From the IMG/VR virus record IMGVR_UViG_3300028591_000139, positions 35,510-99,509 of that record: a stretch of DNA of 64,000 nucleotides; one strand, given 5' to 3'. This document shows positions 20,459 to 31,127 of the stretch, piece after piece. Made by a program: the position numbers and the translations under genes. The notes beneath the pieces are model-generated. The model searched no databases. It was not told where the DNA came from and saw nothing but the letters and a program-made list of their open reading frames with translations. The stretch comes from a virus. Taxonomy: Duplodnaviria; Caudoviricetes. How positions within the stretch are numbered: the first letter of the stretch is position 1; each line of letters starts with the position of its first letter.

Positions 20459-22012
20459 ATGATTGAAACAAAAAACATAGGAAACACAAGTGATTACGTG
20501 TATGATATATCTTTGGACGGCACAGTTATTAACGCTTTGGGAATGAATGTAATGTCAAATACCGATGGTTTCAACTTCCAAATGCCAAAAAAATTCAGGT
20601 ATACTGATGAAAATCCATATGTTGGAAAGGGCCTTGGAAGAAATGTTGAAAAGGGAAAGACGTATACAAAAGTGGAAGCAGACGTTGCAGAATTTGAAGA
20701 CTTATATTTTAATTCGCCGTATAACGGAGGCATTAATAAAATGGGTTTGGGAATAGATGAGTATTGTGACGCTTGTATACAGTTCGCAAGAAAAAATTAC
20801 GCGGACCTTATGCCGGATGGTTCTACAAAAAAAGTTGGAAATACCATTAAATCAAGAAAGATGTCGGGTTATTTGGAGAAGTTTATTGATGATGGAATAA
20901 ATTTATTGCTTCACGGTAATGGTTCAAAATTTTTGGAAAATTATTATGATTATATTTCAAGGATTTACAATTATCAAATTCCGATAAAGGATATTGCTTC
21001 AAAGGGTAAGATTAAGAAGACTATTGATGAGTACAAGACTGACTGTAACACTTTAACGAAGGCAGGTAATAAGAAGTCTCGTCAGGCGTGGTATGAGTTG
21101 GTTATCAGGGAGAATTTAAATGTAAATGTGAGTGACACCATTTATTACATAAATACGGGAACGAAGAAGGGTCATTCTGACGTTAAGAAAGTTACGCATC
21201 AATTTATAAAGGATGAGAATGGCGATATTATTGAGTTGACCAACAAATTAAAGACCGAGTTATTTAAGAAAGAGTTGGAGAATTATGGCGTTGAGAATGT
21301 TAAGGGGTTATCTTCTGATAATAAGAAGGAGATAATAAAGAAATATGTTATTCGTGAGGAGGATGAGATTATTCTTAATTGTCAAATTGTCCCTGCTGAA
21401 ATAATGGAAGATGAGAAGGATATTTTATGCAGCGATATTGATGGTTTGGAATATAATTCCGAAAAATATATTGAGCAGTTTAATAACAGGATAAAGCCAT
21501 TATTGGTTTGTTTTTCTCCAAATATAAGAAATGAGATATTAATTTCAAATCCGGAGAATAGAAAATATTTTACCGAAGAGGAGGCAAAATTGGTTGCTGG
21601 TTATCCCAACAAAGAGTCTGACCAAGACACTTATGAAGCTTTAATGACTCCCGAGAAGAAGGAGATTGCTTATTGGTTAAAGATTAATGAAACACCGCCA
21701 TTTATTAAGGAGTGCAACATAGATTGGGATAATTTGGTTAAAGATTACATTAAGGAAAAGGAGGAAAATGATAATGAATTATTTAAGGTTGAAAATGAAA
21801 AATATTTGGAGGCTTTAAATAATTTAACTGATAAAGATGTTGAAGCGTTTGAAGAAGATGGTGTTTTACCTCAAACAATATTAGATGTTGTAACATTAGA
21901 TAGTGATATGCATTTTTATTTCAATAAAATACCTTCCGTAGTTCCATCAACTGGCGGCTTTGTATTTGATGACATATCTTATGACTATATTGATAAAAAT
22001 GGAGATGAATAA
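20459..22012 (+). CDS. polB: Split intein C-fragment (34 aa, 20459-20560) fused to the polymerase C-terminal part
   Basis: Block F YVYDISL, terminal Asn (MSN) and +1 Thr give TDGF; followed by ARKNYA and KGKIKK polymerase motifs. Confidence 0.92.
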   Translation: MIETKNIGNTSDYVYDISLDGTVINALGMNVMSNTDGFNFQMPKKFRYTDENPYVGKGLGRNVEKGKTYTKVEADVAEFEDLYFNSPYNGGINKMGLGIDEYCDACIQFARKNYADLMPDGSTKKVGNTIKSRKMSGYLEKFIDDGINLLLHGNGSKFLENYYDYISRIYNYQIPIKDIASKGKIKKTIDEYKTDCNTLTKAGNKKSRQAWYELVIRENLNVNVSDTIYYINTGTKKGHSDVKKVTHQFIKDENGDIIELTNKLKTELFKKELENYGVENVKGLSSDNKKEIIKKYVIREEDEIILNCQIVPAEIMEDEKDILCSDIDGLEYNSEKYIEQFNNRIKPLLVCFSPNIRNEILISNPENRKYFTEEEAKLVAGYPNKESDQDTYEALMTPEKKEIAYWLKINETPPFIKECNIDWDNLVKDYIKEKEENDNELFKVENEKYLEALNNLTDKDVEAFEEDGVLPQTILDVVTLDSDMHFYFNKIPSVVPSTGGFVFDDISYDYIDKNGDE

Positions 22013-22057
22013 TTAAAAAAAGGTTGAGATTTTTTTATCCCAACCTTTTAATTTATT

Positions 22058-25000
22058 TTAGACATTATTTTGTCTTGCATAGTTTCCATAATTAATATTG
22101 GAAGCACCAGTGCTGTCATCAATTTTATACTTATTATTAGGAGTTCCTGCTCCATTTGCTGTATATTCTCCGCAATTCCAAATGTTGCTCAGATATAAGC
22201 CATTAAATGTTGAGTCATCTGCTTGGCCTGTTATTTCAACTAATCTAAGGGCGTTTGTATCTGTTATTTCAGAATCATTTGTGCCGCTTATGATTAGTTC
22301 GCTGTCGCTCATTCCCGGTGTTGTATTACCGTGTGACAGTCTCACATCAACTTTCAATGCGTCATTTTCAATATATACGTGTGATGAAGTTGTATCGCTT
22401 CCATCGAGCATATTATCAACTTTGTCATCCAACGCTTTAACTGCGTTATCCAACAGTTGGTCAGCGTTATATAATGATGTTGCTGCGCTAATGACTGAAC
22501 CGGTACTTGGGTGGTATTCGCAAGTTCCAGAGCCAAATCCTATTCCATTTTCTAAGCAGTTAATCTCATTTGACAAATCGTCAATATCATCTGTAGCAGC
22601 GCTAAGTGAATCTCCAATAACAGACATTATATCATTTGTGTTCTTTATTTCTCTGTCGAGGATAATATCTGCATTATTAAATGACGTAGCGCTTGCAATA
22701 TAATTTGTGCCTGCGTTTGCCAAATATCTAAATTCAGTGCCATTATCATTCAATCCGCACTTAGGAACTGACATTCCAAGAACGTTATCTTGTGTGATAT
22801 TGAGTTCATTTTGTACGCACTGAGTATCACCGGATGATTCAGTTATTTTGCTTTCCAAGCTTGCTGTATATGAAGAGAGTTCTCTAACGGTTTGGTCAAG
22901 CAAATATGTAGCGTTATTGATATTAGTTGCGTTTGCAATATATGTGCTTCCATTAGGAGCGTGGTAAACAAATCCGGCTCCGCATTCGGGAATGCTCTCA
23001 TTTCCAAACACTGCTTTTTCTACACTTGTAAGTTCAGATTTAACGCACTCACTTGAAGCGGTTGCGGCACTTATTAATGCTCCTGATACATATAAGCCAT
23101 TGCTAACTATTTTAACGATATTGTCATCAAGATTAGTTAATACAATTCTTCCGCTTAATGTATCACTATATCCACTACCATTAGTGACTTTAGTTAATTC
23201 AATTGCGCTATCTTCTGAAGGATTATCTACAACCCAATCATTGAACAGTTCATTAACAGGAACATTCATTGTATGAGATACGCCATTTGAATCGTGGTAT
23301 GTGATAACCAATACTCTATTAATGCTATCGTATACTATGGTGTCAAGTAATGCGCCTGCGTTAAGTTGTATTTCATCTTGTGCTCCGTTAGATGTGATAA
23401 TACGTATCTTATTAGTGGCCGAGTCATATCCCAATCTTACTGATGCAAATATGCCGGCATTTTCTCCACTAATTTTGATGATATTATCATTGGAGTTGGC
23501 AACTTTAACATTGGCAGTAACCACATTTTCGGCAGATTTATTCAAATCTATTGTTGTGGTATCGTCGAACGTTAATGTGCTAGCGGTTAATGTTTCGCTT
23601 AATTCCTCATCTTTTGCAATTCTTGCTGCTGTTTCGGCTGAAATTAAGTTTGCGAGCTCAGTTTCTTTAGCGGTTGAGCGGGCGATTTCGCCGTCAATCT
23701 TAGTATTAAGAGTTGTTTCAGCATTGGTTGCGCGTGTGGCTTCATTGCTAATAGCTGTTTGCAGTGCTGTTTCAGCGCTTGAAGCGCGAGCGATTTCTCC
23801 GCTTATTCTATTATCCAAAGCCGTTTCGGCACTAGTGGCACGATTTTCCTCACTACCTATTGCTGTTTGCAGTGCTGACTCTGCGCTTGTTGCCCTTGAA
23901 GTCTCATTGGTTAAAGAAGTTTGCAGTGCGCTCTCTGCACTTGCTGCGCGGCTTGCTTCATTTGTGATAAGTGTATTCAAGTTACTATCTGCATTATCGC
24001 GTAGCACAGCTTCATTGCTTATTCTTTCTTGTAAGAGAGTTTCTGCGTCGGTTGCCCTTGTCACTTCAGCATTTAAGCTATTTGTAATAGCGCTTTCAGC
24101 TTCTTTTGCGCGAGTTATCTCTTCTGTTAAATCATCAGTTAAAGCAGATTCAACATTTTTAGCTCTATTTACTTCATTTTCTAAGTTTGAAACGACTGTA
24201 TTGATTGAAATTTGCAATTCGCTATCTTTTTGAGTTGAGCGAGAAACCTCATTATTGATTTTCGTATCAATGGCTGTTTCTGCATTTGTGGCACGTGCGC
24301 TTTCATTATCAATTGCGGTCTGTAGAGCTGTTTCTGCGCTTAATGCTCTGGTTCTTTCTGTATTAACAGATGTCGTCAAAGCTGCTTCTGCGTTAGTAGC
24401 ACGAGAAACTTCTGCTGTCAGTGCTGTTTCTAGGTCTAAGTCTTTATCAGCCGAACGGCTCACTTCTGCGTCTAAATCGTTTCTTAGAGTTGTTTCAACA
24501 CCGACGGCACGATTTATTTCAGTATCAAGCTTAGTATTGATAGTTGTTTCGGCATTAGTAGCACGTGTGGTTTCGCTATTAATAGCTGTTTGCAAAGCAG
24601 TTTCAGCACTTATTGCGCGAGTTTTCTCTGTTTGTATATTAGAGGCGTTTGATGTGGCTGATATTGCCAATTCTTCATCTTTAGCGGTAGAGCGTATGAT
24701 TTCTGCATCTAATTTATCTTCAATCCTTGTATCTTCTCCTGTGGCTCTACTAATCTCACTTGCCAAATCAGTTGAAAGGGTTCTCTCTGCATCAGTTGCT
24801 CTACTTACTTCGGCAGTTAATCTGCTGTCTAAAGAGCTTACGTTTGTTTCAAGAGTGCTTGTTCTGTTCTGCAATGCTGTTATATCTGTTGCATTTTTAG
24901 TAATGCCTGATGATGTAACATATAATGTTCCTCCATCATTTACCAATATATTATCATTATGGGTAGAGATAACAACGGCAGCTTTAAGTATGTCTTGTTC

Positions 25001-27556
25001 AGACGTACCGCTTGCTTTTCTTTCTTTGGTGAGTTGTATCGCTCCTTCGTGTCCATCCCACACTCTCCATTCTGTAATTAAATCGCCAACGGGAACAACT
25101 ACGTCAGGTTGTCTCACACCATTTATTGTATATTCAATAATAATAGCTTCTTTTACAGAATCATAATATATTCTATCTACAACAGAATTTGTTTTTAATT
25201 CAATATATTTAACGCCATTTGTAGTTGAGAAAATTAACTCATTTTTACCTGCATTTGGGTCAAAATTATAAGTTAAATCAACGCCTGCATAAAGTCCATC
25301 ATTATTAAGTTTAATAATATTTTCTTTACCTGATTCAATTTCAGTACTTAAATTAACTTTAATAACGGGATTTACACTATCTGTATTATCAACATCGATT
25401 GAATGGTCATTATTAACAATGGAGTCTACTTTGCCGCCTGTATCAGCACTAAGTTCTGCAATTGCTTCATTAATTTCTTGTATTTTGGCGTCGTGTTCAT
25501 TATCTTTTTCTATTGAACGGCTTGCCTCATAATTTAAATCATTTCTTAATGAAGTTTCAATGCTTGTGGCTCTTTCAATTTCATCATTTAATGAATTTTC
25601 TATTTCATTAAACTTATATGTTACAGTTTCATGGCTATCTGTTGAGAATCCTGTACCAATAGTTGTTTCAACGTTGCCTATTTTAACATCATGTTCTCCG
25701 TCTTTAGTAGTAGAGCGTGAAATCTCTGAAGAAAGTCTTTCATTGATTGAAGCATCTTCATTAACTAAATTGTTGATTTCTGAGGTAACGTTTGCGCTAA
25801 ACTCGTTAAATTTATATGTAACGGTTTCATGGCCATCTGTTGAGAATCCTGTACCAATAGTTGTTTCAACATCAGCTATTTTAGCATCATGTTCATTATC
25901 TTTAGCGGTTGAACGTACAATTTCAGTTGCAACTCTTTCGTTTATTGCAGCATCTTCACTAACTAAACTGTTAATTTCAGAAGCAACATTTCCACTAAAT
26001 TCATTGAACTTATATGTTATATTCTCATGTGGGTCAGTTGTAAAGCCTGTACCAATAGTATCATTAAATTTATTATCACTTTGTATTCTATTAGATATTT
26101 CTTCATCTATTTTTTCATCAAGTGATGCGGTAGATGCTGAAAGATTATCTAATACACTTTTAACGGTAGTATCATCTAATGAAGTATATTTTATATTATC
26201 AGATACACCATTTACATATAATGTATGGTCTTTATCTTCCAATATATTATTAGCTCCATTATATATTTTAGCGTCGGCAGAAAGCATATCTTTTCCGCTT
26301 CCAGTACTACGTTGTTTATTAAGTAAAATAGTGTGCCCTTCATTTACAACGTCCCATTCTTCGATAATATCTTTAACAGGTATTTCTACTCTTTGATAAT
26401 CACCCTTTTCATCTATATAACGAATAACTAAAACCTCATTGGTTGGGTCATAAGTTATATCATGTAATACCTGAAGGCTATTTAATTCAATTTCAGAGGT
26501 AATTACACTTTCTGATTCTCCATCGGAATACTTATAGATAAGGGTATTTCTTGTCTTATCATATGTAAGCATTGCTGCGGCAAATATGCCATCGTGACGT
26601 TTATAAATTAAATTACCGGCACTTGTAGAAATATTAGTATCTATATTATCCAACGCATCTTTAACCGTCAAATCGCTCTTATAATGTATATTATCAGCAG
26701 TACCTTCAACCACCAAATATCTACCTGTTCCATCTTTATGCAAAATATTATGGGGAACGTGCTCTGCCACTCTAACATCTGCTGTTAAAAGGTCTTGCCA
26801 TCCATATATACCTTCATGTGATTCTGTATATGAGCTAACGTGTTCTTTAAATAAAACAACCGGTGTTGTACTTGCTGAACCAACTACGGTCCACTCATCT
26901 ATAAGCTTTACAACATCAATTTTAACTTTGGAATCGTCAGCAAGTGTCAACACAATCTCCTCATTGATTTCATCATATTCCCCCTTTTTAATATGTTTGT
27001 CTTTGGGTAACTCAAATTCCTTGGTAACACCATTAACATTAAACGTTATTGCAAATGTCTCAGGGTCATAATTCATATCAACAAAGGCATATAAACCTTT
27101 ATTTCCCTCAGTCTGTAATATGTTGTAATTAACTGTACCAGCTGTAGAAATTCTATAATCTGCCAATTTAACGTCACCACTTAAAACCGTGCCATCTTCA
27201 TTATTGTCTGAAAATAGCTTAACCGTATTGCTCTCCAAAGGAATGACAGTTAATGATTTAATAGCCTCTTCTATTTTCTCATCAAGAGCTTCTATTTCTT
27301 CAGCGGTTTTTTGGGTATCAATAAAGAAAGTTCTATTATTGGCATTAGGCCTTCCATTTCCAACAGAACCAATGGCCAAAATAACATTTGGCCCCTTGGT
27401 AGCATCACTATTTTCATACAGCAAAACCATAGGCTCGGCAACAACCGTTGGTCTTTCAACCACTTGTTTATCAAGCACGTAGTTTATTGCCTCTTCTCTG
27501 GTAGCAAAAACATTTTCATGTTTTACAAATTGTAATCTATCAAATATATTTTCCAT
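22058..27556 (-). CDS. Large coiled-coil fibre-like virion protein
   Basis: 1832 aa with many ExxRAxxAExxL repeats and about three TIGTGFSTDxHETVTYKFNE repeats. Confidence 0.7.
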   Translation of the reverse strand: MENIFDRLQFVKHENVFATREEAINYVLDKQVVERPTVVAEPMVLLYENSDATKGPNVILAIGSVGNGRPNANNRTFFIDTQKTAEEIEALDEKIEEAIKSLTVIPLESNTVKLFSDNNEDGTVLSGDVKLADYRISTAGTVNYNILQTEGNKGLYAFVDMNYDPETFAITFNVNGVTKEFELPKDKHIKKGEYDEINEEIVLTLADDSKVKIDVVKLIDEWTVVGSASTTPVVLFKEHVSSYTESHEGIYGWQDLLTADVRVAEHVPHNILHKDGTGRYLVVEGTADNIHYKSDLTVKDALDNIDTNISTSAGNLIYKRHDGIFAAAMLTYDKTRNTLIYKYSDGESESVITSEIELNSLQVLHDITYDPTNEVLVIRYIDEKGDYQRVEIPVKDIIEEWDVVNEGHTILLNKQRSTGSGKDMLSADAKIYNGANNILEDKDHTLYVNGVSDNIKYTSLDDTTVKSVLDNLSASTASLDEKIDEEISNRIQSDNKFNDTIGTGFTTDPHENITYKFNEFSGNVASEINSLVSEDAAINERVATEIVRSTAKDNEHDAKIADVETTIGTGFSTDGHETVTYKFNEFSANVTSEINNLVNEDASINERLSSEISRSTTKDGEHDVKIGNVETTIGTGFSTDSHETVTYKFNEIENSLNDEIERATSIETSLRNDLNYEASRSIEKDNEHDAKIQEINEAIAELSADTGGKVDSIVNNDHSIDVDNTDSVNPVIKVNLSTEIESGKENIIKLNNDGLYAGVDLTYNFDPNAGKNELIFSTTNGVKYIELKTNSVVDRIYYDSVKEAIIIEYTINGVRQPDVVVPVGDLITEWRVWDGHEGAIQLTKERKASGTSEQDILKAAVVISTHNDNILVNDGGTLYVTSSGITKNATDITALQNRTSTLETNVSSLDSRLTAEVSRATDAERTLSTDLASEISRATGEDTRIEDKLDAEIIRSTAKDEELAISATSNASNIQTEKTRAISAETALQTAINSETTRATNAETTINTKLDTEINRAVGVETTLRNDLDAEVSRSADKDLDLETALTAEVSRATNAEAALTTSVNTERTRALSAETALQTAIDNESARATNAETAIDTKINNEVSRSTQKDSELQISINTVVSNLENEVNRAKNVESALTDDLTEEITRAKEAESAITNSLNAEVTRATDAETLLQERISNEAVLRDNADSNLNTLITNEASRAASAESALQTSLTNETSRATSAESALQTAIGSEENRATSAETALDNRISGEIARASSAETALQTAISNEATRATNAETTLNTKIDGEIARSTAKETELANLISAETAARIAKDEELSETLTASTLTFDDTTTIDLNKSAENVVTANVKVANSNDNIIKISGENAGIFASVRLGYDSATNKIRIITSNGAQDEIQLNAGALLDTIVYDSINRVLVITYHDSNGVSHTMNVPVNELFNDWVVDNPSEDSAIELTKVTNGSGYSDTLSGRIVLTNLDDNIVKIVSNGLYVSGALISAATASSECVKSELTSVEKAVFGNESIPECGAGFVYHAPNGSTYIANATNINNATYLLDQTVRELSSYTASLESKITESSGDTQCVQNELNITQDNVLGMSVPKCGLNDNGTEFRYLANAGTNYIASATSFNNADIILDREIKNTNDIMSVIGDSLSAATDDIDDLSNEINCLENGIGFGSGTCEYHPSTGSVISAATSLYNADQLLDNAVKALDDKVDNMLDGSDTTSSHVYIENDALKVDVRLSHGNTTPGMSDSELIISGTNDSEITDTNALRLVEITGQADDSTFNGLYLSNIWNCGEYTANGAGTPNNKYKIDDSTGASNINYGNYARQNNV

Positions 27557-27582
27557 TTTAATACATGTTTTCTTTTTTTATG

Positions 27583-29925
27583 TTAAAAATTACCAAAATC
27601 CGCATTTAATCTAATGGGAATATCATTAGTACCATCTTTTGAATATAATATCATTCCGCCATTTACATTCATTACATAATATTTAACGCCATCTATTTCC
27701 TTAATAGCACCTTCCGGAATATTTACATTCTTTGGATTACTTGGGTCATCAATTATCTCATTCTCAATTCTCTTTTCTTCAGCTTTGGCTCTGTCAACCT
27801 CTTCATGCAATTCTTCCAAGATTTGTTCGTCAGCACTTTCCCTGTCAGAAGATTCTTGATGTATGGCATCCCATAATTGATTGTCAACCTCAGTTCTTGC
27901 AGATGCTTCATTTTCGATAGCCTCCCACAGCTGATTATCAACATCGGTTCTTGCAGATGCCTCTTCTTCAATCTTTTCAAATAATTCAGCCTCCACGGAT
28001 TGCGCTCTCTCAGCCTCTTGATTTATAGCACCCCAAAGTTGATTGTCAACCTCAGTTCTTGCAGATGCTTCATTTTCAATGGCTTTCCATAGTTGATTAT
28101 CAACATCGGTTCTTGCAGATGTTTCAGCATCAATAGCTGCCCATAAATCCTGCTCAACAGTTTGCGCTCTTTCAGATTCTTGGTTTATGGCATCCCATAA
28201 TTGCTGTTCAACGTCCTGTGCCCTAGTTGCTTCGGTTTCTATCTCCTCTTGAAGAATAGCATCAGCTGCTTCACGTTCGTTTTTCTCCTGTTCATCGGCT
28301 GATATTCTATTTTCAATTTCTTCATTCAAGGTTTCCATTATCTCCGTATCGGCAGAAATTCTTTCTTCCCTTTCCTCTTCAATTAATGGAACTATCCTAT
28401 CAATAACACGCTCAACTATAGTGTCATCGGCATTAACCAAAATTTGGTTGCAATTATCCTCTGTATAAACCTTATACTCAATATTATACTGACAGCCTTC
28501 ATTACCATCGTTAATAACAATGCTTTCGCCTTCTACCAAAGCTCTCTTATCCCACTCTTTACCATTCCATACGTTAATGAAATATGCAACTCTATTATAA
28601 GGGTTGAGATTCATATTAACACTATGAGGGTCATATGACTCTTTTGTGCCTGCAAAGTTTGACGCGGTCCAAATTAATCCACATTCGGGGAATAATTTAG
28701 TTTCATAATTAATGCCATCAATGGTCTCAGTTACAAAATGATTTCCTCCGGTATAATCTTTAACAAGTCTTAAACTGAATAAAGCATCAGGGCACTGAGC
28801 CTCCTGAACCACACCTGATTTATTCCAATCAAACTCTTTTACATAGTAATCTTGGCCTAAATCATTATAAACATGAGTAGAAGTCCAAAATATGGTCTTT
28901 TTGTTAAAATAATGCTCAATTTCATCGCCATCACCATATCCGGTAGGAAGAATCTTCATACCAAACTCATCAGTTCCCCAATAATCTGCTCTAACGGGTG
29001 TTGGCTCTACATCGTTGTCATCAATAACGGTATCATTATCAAAATCATCATCACCATTGATTCCTTCACCTGTGCTTCCACTTTCGCCATTACCACAGTA
29101 CTGACCACCAAGTGGCTTTGTGTTCTTACACTCACAATCAGGCTCCTCTAACCAACCACAAGTTGATTTTAGTTTAGTACCAGCATACTTACCAAGAACT
29201 TGATGGCAAATAGCTGAGTCGTGATTTCTATATTCACATGGCTCTATAGAGTTAAGCAAGCAATCCCAATCTGCTTTGGTTGGAATTCTCCACCCTCTAT
29301 CTTCCATCTCCAATGTCTCTGCAATCTTCTCAACACCGCCATAGTTATATAAATAACCATATTCACTTACATACTCCTTTGTAACATATCTGTCACCAAT
29401 GGTAGCATTTTCAGGAAGAGTATAGCCACTCGTAGTATCTATTAACCTAATTGCAGGCCTAACCTTTTCGGTCTCGTTAATTCCAAGAGGAGAATCCATA
29501 GTACCATATCCGGTAAGGCTTCCATCTGTAATAACATGTCTATCGCCTAATAAAGAATCTAAATTATCAACTGTGACTAATCTGTTTATAGGAACAGTTA
29601 CAGTAGTTTTAACATCATTTTCGTCTAACATGGTGTACGTAACATACACAGTAGCGCCTTCGCATGAGCCTTCCGGATTCTCATAGACGACATTAAGGTC
29701 GTAAACCGTACCACTTAATACCGGAGTTAAATCTACAACCAACTTGTCGCCATCATTTCTTGTAAGAATCACAGATTTATTGTCCTCGTCAAGCTCTGCA
29801 CTCTTAATGTCTGCATCTTTGAGCGTTTTGAAGTTATGGTCAATCTCATTAACGGTCAATTTGCATTGCTTCGTCACATCGTCAGGATAATTTGATATTA
29901 ACTTATAATAATACAAACCTGTCAT
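27583..29925 (-). CDS. Virion protein with a FISUMP (Fib_succ_major)-like domain and coiled-coil repeats
   Basis: YGYLYNY, GWRIPTKADW, AGTKLKS..GW, FWTST, SLRLVKD; 18-aa SARTxVDNQLW repeats. Confidence 0.7.
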   Translation of the reverse strand: MTGLYYYKLISNYPDDVTKQCKLTVNEIDHNFKTLKDADIKSAELDEDNKSVILTRNDGDKLVVDLTPVLSGTVYDLNVVYENPEGSCEGATVYVTYTMLDENDVKTTVTVPINRLVTVDNLDSLLGDRHVITDGSLTGYGTMDSPLGINETEKVRPAIRLIDTTSGYTLPENATIGDRYVTKEYVSEYGYLYNYGGVEKIAETLEMEDRGWRIPTKADWDCLLNSIEPCEYRNHDSAICHQVLGKYAGTKLKSTCGWLEEPDCECKNTKPLGGQYCGNGESGSTGEGINGDDDFDNDTVIDDNDVEPTPVRADYWGTDEFGMKILPTGYGDGDEIEHYFNKKTIFWTSTHVYNDLGQDYYVKEFDWNKSGVVQEAQCPDALFSLRLVKDYTGGNHFVTETIDGINYETKLFPECGLIWTASNFAGTKESYDPHSVNMNLNPYNRVAYFINVWNGKEWDKRALVEGESIVINDGNEGCQYNIEYKVYTEDNCNQILVNADDTIVERVIDRIVPLIEEEREERISADTEIMETLNEEIENRISADEQEKNEREAADAILQEEIETEATRAQDVEQQLWDAINQESERAQTVEQDLWAAIDAETSARTDVDNQLWKAIENEASARTEVDNQLWGAINQEAERAQSVEAELFEKIEEEASARTDVDNQLWEAIENEASARTEVDNQLWDAIHQESSDRESADEQILEELHEEVDRAKAEEKRIENEIIDDPSNPKNVNIPEGAIKEIDGVKYYVMNVNGGMILYSKDGTNDIPIRLNADFGNF

Positions 29926-30038
29926 AATTAATTTTATTTTATTTTTATTTAAAAATAAATAGTTTTTTTATTTACTTTATTTAAAAATTACTCATATTTT
30001 ATATATAGAAATAAATATAAAGAAAACAAATATGAAAT

Positions 30039-31127
30039 ATGGCTCATAGATTATCATTTTGGGAAGATAAAAATGTTACTTTTGAAGAGAGTAAAAAATA
30101 CTCATCCAGAATGGAATTTTATAAAAAAGCTCATGGCGCTTATGTGGTTTCAAAAGATAAAGGATGGCTTGATGAAATGACTTGGTTGAACAATAAAAAT
30201 GTATATACTGACCCGGTTGATACTGTATACAAGTATCATTTTATAAATGAAAACGCTGTATATATTGGAAGAACCATTTACTTGGCATTAAGAGACCGTC
30301 AGCATAGAACAAGACAAAATGATACTGTTTATAAATTCGCAAAGGAACATGATGTTGAAATTCCAAAGATTGACGTTATTGAAAGTGGTTTAACTGTTGT
30401 ACAAGGAGCTGAAAGGGAAAGATATTGGGAAAATTATTACAAAGACAATGGTTTTACATTGTTAAATAAGCAGCCTTGTGGCAGCATTGGATATATGGCA
30501 AAAGGCAAGTGGTCAAAGAATAAATGTTTTGAAGAGGCCAAAAAATATAAAACCAGAAGCGAATTTGAAAGAAATGCAAGCCAAGCATATCATAAATCCA
30601 TGGAAAATGGTTGGATTGATGAAATGACGTGGATGCCAAAAATAGAAAATCATCCAAAAGGATTTTGGAAAAATAAAAACAACATTATTAATGAGGCAAA
30701 AAAGTATAAATCTGTGACAGAATTTCAAAAAAATGCTGGTGGGGCATTTAATGCTGCAAGAAGGCTTAAAATATTTGATGAATTCACGTGGTTTAATAAA
30801 AATAATCGTTTGCCAAATTATTATTGGAAAAACAAAGAAAATTGTTTAAATGAAGCTAAAAAATATAAATCAAAGAATGAATTTCAAAAGGCAAATCAAA
30901 GTGCATATTGGGCTTCTTTAAAATATGGGTACTTAAAAGAATTTACGTGGCTAGCTAAAAATAAAGTCACAAAACAAGGTTCTTTAAAAAATAAGGAATA
31001 TATTATGGAAATTGCCAAAAAATACAATTCAAAAAGTGAACTTATGAAAAATAACAAGAGCGTTTATGATGCTGCTCAAAGATATGGATGGTTAAAAGAA
31101 CTTGATTTACTATATGAGAAAATATAA
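30039..31127 (+). CDS. GIY-YIG homing endonuclease with helical repeats
   Basis: TVYKY..VYIGRT..RDRQH..E; paralogue of 10910..11836. Confidence 0.8.
   Translation: MAHRLSFWEDKNVTFEESKKYSSRMEFYKKAHGAYVVSKDKGWLDEMTWLNNKNVYTDPVDTVYKYHFINENAVYIGRTIYLALRDRQHRTRQNDTVYKFAKEHDVEIPKIDVIESGLTVVQGAERERYWENYYKDNGFTLLNKQPCGSIGYMAKGKWSKNKCFEEAKKYKTRSEFERNASQAYHKSMENGWIDEMTWMPKIENHPKGFWKNKNNIINEAKKYKSVTEFQKNAGGAFNAARRLKIFDEFTWFNKNNRLPNYYWKNKENCLNEAKKYKSKNEFQKANQSAYWASLKYGYLKEFTWLAKNKVTKQGSLKNKEYIMEIAKKYNSKSELMKNNKSVYDAAQRYGWLKELDLLYEKI

Noticed and set aside
18634-20459. Group I intron as the cause of the polB interruption
   Set aside because: No intron core is recognisable, and complementary intein halves with a dedicated ATG explain the split.
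22098-26396. Long antisense ORFs (also 53478..53987 and other short overlaps)
   Set aside because: Shadows of repetitive coding sequence on the opposite strand with no independent motifs.
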